Assembly: GCA_000320545.1 (NCBI GenBank)
Contig: ADNK01002609.1
Span: 1,645-65,644 of the forward strand
From: Bigelowiella natans CCMP2755
Taxonomy: Eukaryota; Protista; Cercozoa
Direction: 5' to 3'
DNA: 64,000 nucleotides
Part shown: positions 1 through 14,366 of the stretch, piece by piece
Layout of the letters: each line of letters opens with the position of its first letter
Numbering within the stretch: position 1 is the first letter of the stretch
Program-made: the position numbers and the translations under genes
The notes under the pieces: generated by a model
Seen by the model: only the letters and a program-made list of their open reading frames with translations
What the model was told of the DNA's origin: nothing
Database searches by the model: none

Positions 1-693
1 CTGTGCTGCACGTCTGTGCAATTAAGGTAATCACGTCCGGATGAGATCGATAAATGTAAAATCATCATACTAGCTGAGAAAATTTGTTCCTTGCGGATTC
101 ATCATAAATGCCATGCATGATACTACATACTAGCAGGATTTCGATTCTAAAGTTGAGTTACTGCAGTTTATCATGTAGGTTTGCTCTTATAGAACTGTCC
201 TCCAACGGGTGGCAAAGCTTCACACACATACGACTCATCGCTGTATGCTTTTCTAATGTGCCCTTCTTGCCTTTACAGTATCATTCTATTATAATAACGT
301 TGGGGAGGGACGTTCGGGACGACTGCGCTTATGGATTTATATCTCTTAATGTAAGTATTGAGAAGATGGATAACGCGAGGTTCAACTTCGAAGACTATGT
401 TTAGACAACGCTACCACGTCGAAAATTAGAGGCATTTACGAACCCCTCTTGCAATGTAGGGTTTTGTGCTTCGTTGTACTGTCGAAACTCCTTAATTTTT
501 TTAAAGACTTTAGTGAAGCGCACAAAGACTGATGACGTGACTTGGTTTTAGCTACTTGCCGGTGGCAGCTTTGGAAGAATGGAGAATGTACAATAGACTA
601 GTGTGTCAAGGGAGAAAGAACCCCTAACTCGATAGCCCACATAATCATCAGTTAATATTAAATCTGTGGTGGTTGATTACTGCACGTGATGAT

Positions 694-1517
694 TCACGAT
701 AACTTCAGGATGTCGATTTCGTCTATAGCTATCGCCTCAGAACGACACTGCTCGGAGCAAAACACTTGGTCAAGATACATGAACATGCCTTTATAAGTGG
801 ACGCCCTTTTGCACATCACGCATAAGTGGTTGCCATTCTCGTCAAAAGCGCGCTCAACACGTAGCTTCTTCATCTTGTTCGGAGGCGCAAACACCATTTT
901 GCCATCCCAAGAACTGCTGCCTAGGATACGGTCAAAGCTGTGACTCTGCTGGAGGGATCGATGGTCGGTGGAGCTAGCGCTGGCTGCTGCCTGGCATTTT
1001 TGCCGCCTTTTTCTCTTCGTAGACTGGAACATCGAGGCGGAGAGATTTCGCGATCTCTGAGAGCGTTTGAGGGCTATCGGTGCACTACTTTGCAAGCCAC
1101 CGCTTCTATTCTGTACCGGAGAACCGGATGATCTTCTAGTGGTTCCTAAATCTCCCTCTTGATTTAGAATGGTAGGGGTTGGAGGTGATGAAGTAATGTC
1201 AAAGTGGCCAACAATGCCGCTGCTAAAGCTGCAAAAGCTGCTTTGACTCAAACACTGGCTATTGACGCTACTCCCTCCCCTCTGCTTGCAAGGGCGGGGG
1301 GACGATGGTGGAGAGGATGCTATAGTTCCAATTCTCTGGGATTGAAGCATGTTTGTTGGAGGAGCCCCTGTCTGGGCCTTTGGGGTGTCAATGATCGGAA
1401 TGACCAAGAACTAAGAAATACATAAAGGATCGTTAGATTTTCTCTCATCATCATAGCATCTACTTTACTCTCTTGAAATGTGTAGAGAAACTGTCGCATG
1501 TTCTCAATGTCATGCAT
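694..1517 (-). CDS. FCS-like zinc finger (FLZ/DUF581) protein; two exons (1517-1464, 1410-694)
   Basis: C-terminal CVMC-x17-FCSEQC-RSEAIAIDE with FMY matches the FLZ consensus CX2CX17-19FCSX2C. N-terminus is Ser-rich and low complexity. A 53-nt GT..CTAAC..AG intron (1463-1411) joins MHDIENMRQFLYTFQESK in frame to the 694..1407 ORF. Confidence 0.75.
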
Positions 1518-2279
1518 GGATCCTTATGAAATCCTTCATGAAGCTCGTTTCACAGGTGAGAAATGAGACTTCCATCTAAAGAAACATCGGTAACGGAATG
1601 AAATATTTTTAACAGAATGCAAGAAGGAGGGCTCTATCTCACAAACGATCGGCTCAGGAAAGGCGAGGGAGGAGGGACCTTTAAATCATTCGGTTTAAAA
1701 GGCCGGAAGTAATTTGGTGTGGGTCTGAGGTGATAGAGGTCCCTCTCGAGAATTCCCCGACAAATTGAGTTCGCACACATCGCACCACGAGAAATTAAAA
1801 TGTCGAAATTTCCATATTATTTGTAAGATCCATATATTCGTTTTTCCAAGGCTTCAAGCATGAATATGTTCTCAAAAAATGGCTTGTTTCCCTGATAAAT
1901 ATAAAATTTCCCTAATTTTATTGATAAAGCCTTAAACGGTTTGCTAATAATATAAATCTGCAGACGAATAATTAATCTTCGTGATTTCATCTCGTGTGGA
2001 TTTATCAGCCCGAAAAGCGGAGCTTTTTCCCAGTAATAAAACAAACGGGAAACAAACACATGACTACCCCATCTAGAGATGGAGTGATATAGGTAATTTT
2101 ATTTCAGTTGCGTGAACACCCCTTTTTAGCACCCAAATATGCGTTTCAAAGAGAAATCATCAGGAAATCTGGAGAGGTTTTGCCTGCGTTAATAATCTAA
2201 TGAACCCTTTATCAATCTTCTAGTACATGTACATGTATCACATTTACTATTTCACCCTCCCTTTACCTTCGAGTATTAA

Positions 2280-3350
2280 TAGGGTATGCGCCACCGATGA
2301 CTGTAGGTGCTTCAGTGCTTCTGGCTGGTCGCGTGATCGTTTGCATCGCTTGGGGAGAAAATAGAAGTGGGAAGAAGAGTCAAAATGCTACTTGGCAATG
2401 CCGCACATGCATTTGCTAAAACGAACATTTAGAATTCTGCAGTTCTTTCGATTTGGATCGATTTGGTTCTTACGGCAGGCTTTTATGGATGTCACAGCAA
2501 TGAAAGGTAGTTATTTTTTGTTTTCGTGAACAGCGTATCCTTTTTGGATAGTGTCTCGACACATTTCGGGCAAAAATGCATGCGGTATTCGAGCTTGCGA
2601 CAACCTCAAGCCTTGTCCTCGCGTCGCTCAACTCCACCCAGCCTGTAACGGCAAAAAATGGCGGAAGGCCTGGGCCAACGCTATGAGCCGGCAATGCCAC
2701 CATAAATCATAATTTAGATACAGGTGGCGGTGAATTTCGATCGTGACTTAAGGTATTGATGATTCTTTCTCATTTGGAAGCCTAACGATAACTAGCTACA
2801 GCTAAATGTTGCCGATTTTGGTTCGAGTTTGTTTCGAAGCGAAAATAAAACCACTCTGAAATTCCTTGGTTCCTGCCTTATCGTTGCCAAAAGAGAACGG
2901 TTTGCAGATTTGCATGTTACTCAGTTAAAATCTTAAAGCAAAAACAAATGTAATGAATGTTAATGACTGAATGCCCCACCTACATCGATTCAGAGAGTTC
3001 ATCGACGGAGGCTTTCATCTGGACATTGCCAGGCGAAGAGTTGCTCTTCATCGAGACAAAATGGATCTATCTCAAAGCCTTTCTCAACTGAGGGTCAAAA
3101 CTAAATTCTGATCTTGCACCGCCATTTTGGCCATTTCGGTTAATGCGCCAAGCTTTTACCTCATGATCCTTCTGTTTTTTATAGCGCGATGTCAGTAGCC
3201 AAGATGGGGAAAGGAAGAGTGGAGCTGATACTAAGCATGGAGGAACTCCGGGAAGGAAAAATAACATTTCTTTTAGCCGTTTCCCGACGGTGCTCAGGGT
3301 TGGGAATAACTTAATCAGTTGCATGACGTACCTCTTTTGTAGTGAAGCGT
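2280..3350 (+). other. Possible small spliced hypothetical gene (unresolved)
   Basis: Several AG/GT-bounded segments with coding-like composition (e.g. ~2995-3095, ~3185-3290). No recognisable domain and no certain frame. Confidence 0.2.
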
Positions 3351-3726
3351 GACATCTCTTAAGTTCTCTTCGTGTATTATTCAGAACTCCACCGTCATGT
3401 TGGAAGCCCAGCAATGTACACACGTATACTTTTTCATTAAAAGAGAAAAGCATAAACTTTGCGTTGTTTAATCCAAACTATTTAGCCGGAATATTCCAGC
3501 GACCGGACCCTGGAGCTGCGCGGGTGCCTGAACCAGGGTCTGTGTCTCTCCCCCCCTCTCCCCTGCGCCGCATTTTCTTTTCTTATTCTTCATAGTCTTC
3601 ACGCCCTCCCTATACCCCCCACTCAACCACCCATCCACCCCAATTCCATTGGGGGGTTCCATTGGGGGGTTGGTCTCTCTCGCTGGAAAGCAAGATGAGG
3701 ATCTTCGTTTGGATGTTTGTTTTCAG

Positions 3727-4654
3727 GGAAGTCTGGAACTTGACGGTCATGATCAAGGAGGCAAAGGGTCTAGCCCCAATGGACTCCAACGGTTAACCAC
3801 TTTAGTAGGAGGGTTTCGTCGATGTTCATCGGGCGTTGTTGGTCGACTAACAAAAGCGTTGTGTCGCTATTGTAGGGAAATCGGATCCATACATAGAGTT
3901 TGATGTCATCGATTCACATGGACGCGCTGGTAATGTCGGCGTTGGAATACAGTTCTACTTACAATAGGAAATGCATATCTATGTGCTATAAATACATTGC
4001 ACAACACAACATTATTACAAGTGTAGCTCGCAATATGGTATCAATCTGCCACATCCTACCCACCGGGGGGGCATCTGGGAAAAAATCGATCATTTCCACA
4101 TACACAGTCCAGGCGAATGAAATTCTTTCGTTGTTCCTTCGTGCTTTTGTGTGCTATTAGCCTTCCGTCGTAAGACGCCAGTAGTGAAAAAAAACCTCAA
4201 CCCAACGTGGAACATGCTCTACAACAAAATACCGCAGAAGGTCGTTTGCTATGATTCAGCGAGAAAATGCGTGCGTTTTCTGGAACATTGTATTGAGAGC
4301 TAAAAGGACGCTCAACCGTGAATTATCCGCACTTGCGAGGGGTGGCAGCTGAAGATGATTTGTTTTGCGTAGGTTATTGACGATTTCTACAGCCTAAAGT
4401 TCGTTTGTAAGGATCATGACCTCTTTGGAAACGATGACTTCATGGGTATTATTACAGTGGCAAACACGAGGGAAGGAGAAAGGGGAGAGATGGTTTGCCA
4501 GGGCTGTGTTTTTTGAGATCATCATTTGCAAGAGGATTCTCTGGAACGTAGAAAGACAAGTGGAGTGTGCATTCGACCCATCACTGTCCGTGTGTGTGTC
4601 AGGTGTTGCGACGATAAAACGGAAGGAAATTGTTGAAAGGATCTATCCTTCTGG

Positions 4655-4685
<31 letters not shown>

Positions 4686-5287
4686 CATGCTCTTCTGTGT
4701 AACAACTATCACACTATTACTCAGCTATCTCGTTATCAATGTGGTACTAATGATTCCACGTCTTCCACATTTTGTTTGCTTTATAATTTGTCAGATATAA
4801 TCCTGTGAATGGAGGTACATCGAAGTATTCTACTGTGCGTCTCCCTCTCTCTCTCTCCCCCCCTCTCTCTTTCTACATTTATGGATTACTTCGACGATGA
4901 TGATGATAATGATGTGATGATGCGTATGTTCCAACAGGGGTGCCAACGTTAACGAGAAGAAGGCCTGGAAAAGTAAGAATAGATTGTAAACAACAACTTG
5001 TTTACTTCATCATTTATGAGTACCTATTTTCCCACTGTCAAGTCCATGTATCTATCCCTCAGACGTTGGCCGTTCGTCGTGCACGTGTGATTTGTTCTAG
5101 AAATCTATGTGATGGTGATATATACCCCCCCCCCCCCCCTCAGGTGTTGAGATAATCGTCGTCAGAGCAAAGAACTTGCTGGCTGCAGATTCAGGAGGTA
5201 GAAAATATGTGGATATACCATGTGCACTAATGGTTCCAGCTATCAATGTTGAAAACCTCGCGTCTGGTCTTGATGCAATGTTCTATT

Positions 5288-5330
<43 letters not shown>

Positions 5331-5710
5331 TTTGTATACATGCTCTCGTGTGTCTGCGCGTGTTTTTGTGTGTTAATGGCTTGACTCAAAACATTCATTC
5401 GTTAGGAACTTCTGATCCCTACGTCGATGCATACATCATCGACGACAGAGTCAACAAAGGTTGTCGTGCATCATCGTCGTCATCATCATCCATCATCATC
5501 ATCGTCTTTGTTGTTGTCACCATCGCTGTGGTAAAGCTGTGTGCTGAGCCGTCTGTCTTGGCAGTTGTGAAGCAGAGTACGAACACCATTACAAAGACCC
5601 TCAACCCTGAGTGGAACTTCATGCTCAAGATGGTTCATTCAAAGGTAGTCGTGACAGTGAGTATTCATTCATTTCACATGCGCGTGCCTGTGTAAGTGTG
5701 GATTTCTTCC

Positions 5711-5755
<45 letters not shown>

Positions 5756-6212
5756 TCCCCCCCAATTTGCCTACTTCATCTCGTCGGTTCCTTGATGACG
5801 CATTCCTCCTTCCTCCTCGCCCTCGTCCCCCTCCCGGTCCTCCTCCTCCTCTTGTCGTCGTTTGGCAGGATCTGATAGGGTTTCGAGAGATTCGCTTTGA
5901 CGTGTTTGACCGAGATATTATAGGCTCGAATGACTTCCTAGGTGGGTTGCTAGCCCTCCATTCTACATCTGAAGCATTTTTGTGCATGTGGGAAGATTTA
6001 CCAATCGGGCCAACGGGTGAGAGAGGGGGGGGTGCGGGCGGGATGTTGTCGTGAAATGGGTAGATTTTTTAATGCGAATGTTAATGATCCCCGCTGCATA
6101 CCTGCTCAGGCCAATGTGTGGTCTCTGCCCACCAGCTCATGACGGCAAAGCCGGTTTGTGAAGAAAGAATATGTGTATATTAACAAAGGATTTACATGTT
6201 GTGTGCGTGCAC

Positions 6213-6246
<34 letters not shown>

Positions 6247-6484
6247 TATTAATAATTCACGCAGCGTAGCGAACGGAAAACATCCTATGATCCCGTTTGA
6301 TCATGTCGTGTTTCGTGCAATAGGAAAGCAAAGACGAGGAGGGGTTCATAGACTTAACTTTGAAGTTGGAAAAGCGAGAAGAGAGCAAAGACGACGGAAA
6401 GGTACCGCCTTTCAACAGCAGAAGCGACATCTCCCTATAGATTCGTTATAATATTCTATGAATCCATAATATATTTATATAGAA

Positions 6485-6524
<40 letters not shown>

Positions 6525-6869
6525 CCGCGGTACCCTCGAAGTTAGAATACGAGCAGTGCAGGCCGAGCTCCCTTGCAACCCGAATCTGCCTTCCCTCTCC
6601 GGTAAGTAAAGCTGCCCTGCCACCTGATGACTCTGCGACCTACCAATCAATCAACATGTGATCATCCGCATGCCCGATGGCCTTTTCGTTGTTCGCAGCT
6701 CTCACGACTGGAAGAACTACCGGGAGGGGGACTGGACGAACTAACCCATCTTCGTAAGATGATTCATATGATGATGATTCATATGATGATGATGATGATG
6801 ATGACGACGACGACGGCAGATGTGCCGGTTGCTGCTTTCTTCTCGATGCTACGTGTATACAACATATGT

Positions 6870-6913
<44 letters not shown>

Positions 6914-7529
6914 ACATATATATGTGTGTGTATATACTGCTGCTGCTGCTGACACTACTAGCAAGAATACGGTTATAAACGAGTTGGTGCTGAACGTGAG
7001 CGCTGTTGTTTGCGGCGTCGTCTATACAGGACATTTCGAGGGAAAAGTGTATCTTTGTCCATCCTCGTAAAATCCGCTACAAACCTTCTAGGTGAAGATG
7101 ACTTAGAGCTCCCTTCTTTTCTGGGGGGAGGGCGAGGGGAGGGGGGGGGGGTTGGGGAGTCAGGACAACATTCTTCAACGATTTTAATCACAGGCCACTT
7201 TCCGGAGAAAATCCGCTAATATCAAATCGACGCTCGTCATAATTTCTTCCTCTCACCCAATATGTGCTTGGAAGATTGGCCCCTTTTGTGTGTGCCCTAT
7301 TGAATCTGACTCTCAATTCTCACTCAACTGCCCCGCTCCTGCTCTGTTTCTAACCCTTGCAGCGATGGATTCTGGAGGCACCTCTGACCCTTACGCGACG
7401 GTGGCGCTCATTGACCACAACGGCAAACAACGTGAGGAAGATATCGTCTTCTCTGTCGCATCATAATTTTCTGCATGTACGCGAAATTGCAATGCACGGT
7501 TTATCGGCGCTAGTTCAATATTTGAAGAA

Positions 7530-7579
<50 letters not shown>

Positions 7580-7738
7580 AGTTGTCCCCCTCCTCCGCAC
7601 CACTTATGTTCTTCCCGTGCTTGCCTTCCTATTTCCCCCATAAATCCCAACAGTTGTGAAGAGAAGCAGCAATACAATAAAGAAGACTCTCAACCCGGTA
7701 ATTGACGTTTCTGAGCTGGTTTATGTCGTTGGTTCTAC

Positions 7739-7779
<41 letters not shown>

Positions 7780-8705
7780 TATATTGACCGACGACGAGGT
7801 CAACAGGCCGTCTCTCTTTGCTGCCAATAACCACACATTCCCTTAACCCTACCACTTCCCTTCCCCCCTCCCTCCCTCCACCACGCAAACGACAGGTCTG
7901 GGACTGGGATGTGCCCAGGATACCGAGATCGGTATAGAAACACCTTCATCATGCCAAATCGAAGGGCGGCGCTTGCTGCGAAGGCGGCAAAACTACCATC
8001 TTTGGCACGCACGCTGCTCCGTTGGCATTCAACGCACTTCTTCTTAAGCATAGCCTTTTCTGTATTCCACAGGCAATGAACGAATTTGAGCATATACAGC
8101 TGGAAATATTCGACCATGACGTTATAGGCACCGATGATTTTATCGGTCACAACATACATATTCACGTGCATTTAATCTGAGAAGAATTGTCTCTCTGGTT
8201 CTCCCCCCCCCCGTTTCTCTCTCTCTCTCTCGTTCTCTTACTGTGTAACACAAGTTCGTGTTTGACTTTTGATAACATGCTGCTGCTGCTGCTGCTGCTG
8301 CTGCATGCTATACACAACAATGACAGGCCAAGCCGTGCTTCATAGGGCAACTTTAGCAGAGAAAATTATAAAAAGAGGAGAGGTAAATAATTACCACTTT
8401 CTTCGATTCTCTCTTCCCCCCTCCCTCTTTCTCTTCCCTTATTTCTTCCTTCAATGTATTCATTTATAGAAGAATCAGGGTGCTAGCGATATTATTGCGT
8501 GTCCTATCACTGCGTGTAGTCAATACTACCTTGAAATCCCCCCCCCCCCCCCCTCCACAACCTGATTGTACAACAACAATCTCCTAGGAGACCGGGATCT
8601 TAGAGAGTGAGCCTGTAATCTTGGAGGTAATTAGCACGAAAATACACGATGTAACACCTATGGCGAGAGATGAACATTTTATACAAGCATATTAACTATA
8701 TATAC

Positions 8706-8749
<44 letters not shown>

Positions 8750-9580
8750 ACATTGATTGATTGATATATATATATACCAACGTCGTTTTGATGCTACACA
8801 TCAATGCGCGTGATGTTCAGATTCCGCTGCGACAGAGAGTGGGGAAGGTCTCGAAATTCGTTCCTACCGGGAAAGTCAAAGTAAGAGCAGCCGACGATGC
8901 GACTTATTGCCCGCTGCATTATTGCCCTGCATTTCGGATGGCGACGAGACTTTCAATAAAAACTATTTGGCCTTGTTTCTTCCCCGTGTTTTGCTTGCTG
9001 TTCAGATTGAGGTCGTTCTGAAAGATGGCGCTACTTCTCGAGCGTCATCTAGATCTGGGATAAGGTAGATGTACACTATCGTTCTCTCGCCATCGTATTC
9101 TTCTCACACAGCGGGCTCTTTCTCCTTCCTTGCTTCCTTTTAGCCAAAGATCAATGGTGGCTTTAGACTGGGAACTTGGTGTTTGTGTAGTGTCGGCAGA
9201 GAACCTGCCCGCTGCTGACAGGTGTGTTCCTATCTATTCATCTTCTTCTTCCCTATTATTACTTCTTCGAGTTCTGTTTATTTTCTTTCCGCTTCTCTCC
9301 CTCGCTCTGGTTGGCTACCGTGCGCGTGTTGCGGCTTATATTGTTGATTATGCTTTGCCATGGCAGCGGAGGCACTTCGGACCCTTTCGTCCAAATAATC
9401 TATCTCGACGCAGCCGACAAGCCGAGTACAAACAAGCATACAACGGCATTCACTTTTCCCCCCAAAAAATTACCACAATGCTGCTCTTCTTTGTAGATGC
9501 TATGCAATTTAACGTGTGTATTCATTTTCCCGTTTGTTATTTTTCACCACTATCTTCACCATCATCATCATCGTCATCAC

Positions 9581-9614
<34 letters not shown>

Positions 9615-10320
9615 GTTGTATTAGCTGCGACCGACAAAACTCATAATTTTGTCAGTTTTGACGAAGAAAAGCGGTGTGGTGAAGAAGAACCTGAACCCTC
9701 GCTGGAACTTTATGGTTCAAAATTTGGATAAAAACGTAACTGTTCCCTTAAATAGATTCCCCTTAGTTTTCTCGCTAAGAATGAGGTTTCGACAATTTGT
9801 AAAAACACATGCAAATATACACAAAATATCTAATATCAAAACTACAAATTATTTAAATTGTTAAATATTGTATATAATATAAATAAATAAATATATATAT
9901 ATATATATTAATATATGAGAGTTCTTATTATTATTATCACTTTCCTCTCCCTCTACACTTTCGATATGGACACGCAGTGATAAAAAATTTCAAGGCGTTA
10001 CGGTGAGTGTAATACACAAATTAATACGCATATAAACAGGAGAATGTTATTTGTAGGACGGGGGAAGGGGGGGGGGGGGGGGGGGATTTGGGTTCTTGGC
10101 GCCCAACGAAATGAATATAATCATCATCATCGTCATCATCGTCATTATCGTCATCATCTTACCTCTCCAGGTTTGAAGTCTTCGATCACGACGTATTTGG
10201 ATCAAACGACTTTCTAGGATGGACAACAATCACTCGGGCCGAGCTCCTGAAGAGCTGCACAAAAAATGTCAGTCCGATGTTCCACACACTTCCTCCTCAC
10301 CATTCTCATACTTCTAACCG

Positions 10321-10370
<50 letters not shown>

Positions 10371-10579
10371 CTCTATCTCCCTCCCGCCCCATCTATAGGT
10401 GTATGGATGTAGCTTGTTTAACCAAAAGCTGAAAGAGAAATCTGAAGAAAAAGGTTCGCAGTCCAATGATGCTCTCCCTAGGAGAATTATCACAAATGTC
10501 CGTATTTTCTTCCAACTTGGGAGCAAAAGTTGGAATCCTGCTGTCTACAAATAAACACGCATACTTCCTCTCTCTCTTC

Positions 10580-10623
<44 letters not shown>

Positions 10624-11059
10624 TTTATCTCTGTTTGTGTGTTCTCATAAACATTGATGTTCCAGATGTAGGTTCTCTCCAGCTGAAGATCAGATTTATG
10701 GTACGTACGTCGCAAAGACAAGGAGGAGAGTCAATAAGCAGTCAATGATCAATCAGCAGATGCCCCCTACTTCACCATTTTCATTTGATTTGATGATGAT
10801 GAGAATGATGATGATGATGACGATCCGCGCTCTCTGTGGAAGAAAAATGTGGTGATGGAGACGATGATGATTTTGAGAGAATACTTCCTCAGAGAAATCC
10901 TTAACATCTGTAATTTTTCTACTTCATCTTCTTCCTCGCTCTCCCTCCTTCAATTTCTGCATTGCCTTATGAACCGTCACAAAAGGATAAGGCGAATGCC
11001 GAGAGAACAAGAGAAAGGTACGATCTTTTACCTATAGCGTATTTGGAGGAGTAGATGAT

Positions 11060-11133
<74 letters not shown>

Positions 11134-11327
11134 AATAATCATATTTTTTCCAAAACGGAAAATATATTTCGTGTTAAAAACGCGCATGTACACGAAGGCA
11201 GCCAAACACCTCTTTTCCCCTCTTATATTGACCTCCTTCGGTGAGCAGATTGTTCATATTTAATCACAATTCAGGCAGCCAAGACAAATCTCAATTGAAA
11301 TCCATTCTGCGGAGGTGTGTTGTATGC

Positions 11328-11368
<41 letters not shown>

Positions 11369-12953
11369 CATTTGTATTGTATCTAGCATTGATGCGTATA
11401 AATTCGGTAGTTAGTTGTTGGTTGCTACTGAGATGGCCGTGCTCTTGAATATCTTCACTCACTCTGTCATTCACCTTTCTATTGACTGCACACAGAATTT
11501 GGCCCCTCTTGATGGTGACACGTCTGACCCTTACGTAACGGTCTGGAATAACCATAAGAGCATTTATCAACCGCCCCCCGCCCCCCCCTCCACACAAAAA
11601 CAATAAAACGGAACTAAAACTCCGCTTCATTCTGTCTTCTGCTAGCATTCCTATACTCAATCTATGGATGGTTTGTGCGTGCTAGGTTGAGTTTCTGGAT
11701 CCGTTTGGGACAACACGTATGTTACGATAGATGTTGGTGATGATGATAATGATGATGGCGATGATGGTATGCTTTGTTCTCTCTCGATTATCAATGATTT
11801 TCGAGAGATATCCACCATCGAATGCGAGAATCCGATGGAACGATTGCAATACGTGCATTCATACTACACAAAAAACAAACAAAATCAAATAGTAACTCGT
11901 ATCCCCCTCGCCCCCCTCCTCCCACCCACCCACCCACCCCGTCTCCCTCCTCCTTCTACTGATCTATTCTCCCCTCCGACGATGGCGGAATGGGAAAATG
12001 GCGAGCAGTCTTCAAGACTCGGACCGAGGTGATGAAAAAGTCGCTCAACCCAACTTGGAGGCACGAAATCCTGGGCGTTCCCCAGAGCATTCTGAATCGT
12101 TTCAGCTGCCTCCGCTTCGAGGTGTGGGATCACGATGTGCTGTCGGCTGATGACTGTATGGGCCATGCTCTGCTCACAGCGTCGTCCATCGAGAGAGCCA
12201 CGACCGTGGATGAAATAGAGGATAGCAGGGCCGAGGCCATCTGCGCCCCGTTCCCACCGAAGACCTCGTCGATACGGCTCGAGGACGCAAAGAGCACAGA
12301 GTTTGACGAGATTGAGAAGAGCATGTTTAAGATGACCCTAAAGCCCCGGCCAGGGATTAAGGACGTCGTGAGCGGCACTCTGCTCGTTAATGTGACCTGT
12401 AACGACCCTTACGCTATACAACTTGCCAAGGAGGTGTTACTACTAGTAATAATTGTAGCAGTTGCAGTTGTAGTAATAAAACAGGATAAGTAGTCGAGGA
12501 AGTATGTTGGATCGGTCATTTTCATACGTGCGTGCGTCTTTGCTGCGGGGGGGGGGGGGGGCGTGGTTGGCCATCATAGGGTCGGGGCTGATGGCAAAGT
12601 AGCCTCCAGCGACACTCGGTGAAAGGGAAAATGATTCTTTCAAAACGCACAGCATCTTTATTTGTGTACACCGTTGTTTTCTCCCCCGTGTATCACCATT
12701 AGGTAAGAGCCAATGAGGAGAAGAAGCTAAGAGCGGATATGATAAAGCTAGAAGCGAAGTCCAAGCTCCGAAAGGCGATGTCATTGGCCAAGAACTTTGG
12801 AAAGCAGTGGAAGGGCAAGGCAAGGATGGCGGCAATGCGGCGACAGCACGAAGAACAGCACAAGAAGGCGAAAAAGGCTCGGCGAAGAATCCGCAGACTC
12901 TCTGCTCCTAGCACCGAGTAATGAATCTAGATTATTTGGCACATTATATAAAT

Positions 12954-12997
<44 letters not shown>

Positions 12998-13066
12998 GCA
13001 CAACAGTTTGGTAAGCAGTTGAGTAAGAACAATATGGTTGAGTGGATATCTTGAGTAATGTGTGGG

Positions 13067-13101
<35 letters not shown>

Positions 13102-13127
13102 TTGAGTAAATATTGAGTAATGTGTAG

Positions 13128-13165
<38 letters not shown>

Positions 13166-13505
13166 TAATTTCATATATATTATTCACGCCATCACTATAC
13201 AAAAATGAAACGATAGGTTGCGCCAGCTGTTGCGCAAGGAGCACACCAAGATAGTCCGACCCTCCGGCGACGACTTCAAGGAATTCAAAAAGCGTTCGAA
13301 GAGAGATAGGGTGCTGTACCGCATGGTAGAGCGGCAGTGGGAGGCCAGAAGTCCTCTTAGCGTCCACGTTGGCGAGAGGAAACGCTCACGTTCACCGGGG
13401 TATTTCACAGAAGCTCCGCCAAGACGTTGGGATGGAAGGACACTATGGCGACAGCAGGTAGTTGCATCATGACAGCATTCGTGCAGATGAACCGCAGTAC
13501 ACATG

Positions 13506-13556
<51 letters not shown>

Positions 13557-14285
13557 CTGTATATCCTATACGACAGCCGGGAGTCTGCAGATTTACGAGG
13601 AGAGGAATGCTGTTATTCTGGGAGCCCCTGAGACCCATAAATGCGACAGAGAAACCCATAGTTGTGGATTTGACTGAGAAGAAGAAGAAGGACAGGAAGA
13701 AGCCGAGACGCATTAAAGGCCTTACGATAAAGAAAGGCCCTTTCACCTTCTCCGAGGGATCGCTAGTCTCTATAGAGCCCGTAGTACAGGTATTTAGTGA
13801 TTAACAACACGTTGATTATGCATTGCTCATTTGGCTTACTGCTCTAGTCGCTTTGCCTCGATGCTGATTGCCTTCTCCGCCTCTCCGTTCGCTGTTTGTT
13901 GTTTCTTCAGGAGAAGATAGACGCTTCGGGCAACTTTATTTGCAAAATCGCTCCTGGGGTCTTCGATTGGTTAGGCCAACACTTGAAGTTCCTTGACTTG
14001 CATGGAAATAAGATCTTAGAGTTGCCTCCGGGATGCTTTGACGAATTGGTGAATCTCGAGACGCTCTATCTTCACCGCAATGTGATTGAGGAGCTTCCTG
14101 AAGGAATCTTTGACAAGCTTGTAAATTTGAAGCACCTATGGTTGCAAAGATGCCACATCAAACATCTAGACCAACTCGTATTCCGGAATCTCATTAACCT
14201 CACGCACCTCAACTTGCAGGTGTTTAGATGTTATTGTTGTTGCTGCTGCTACGCGCGCTCACTTTTCTCTCTCTCTCTATCTCCC

Positions 14286-14366
<81 letters not shown>

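Noticed and set aside
1-420. Possible terminal exons of an upstream plus-strand gene
   Set aside because: Splice-like signals are present, but no frame or product could be supported.
3500-3680. Short inverted repeat (GACCCTGG..CCAGGGTC) and duplicated TTCCATTGGGGGGTT
   Set aside because: Too short, with no TSD or second copy in the window; cannot be called an element or ncRNA.
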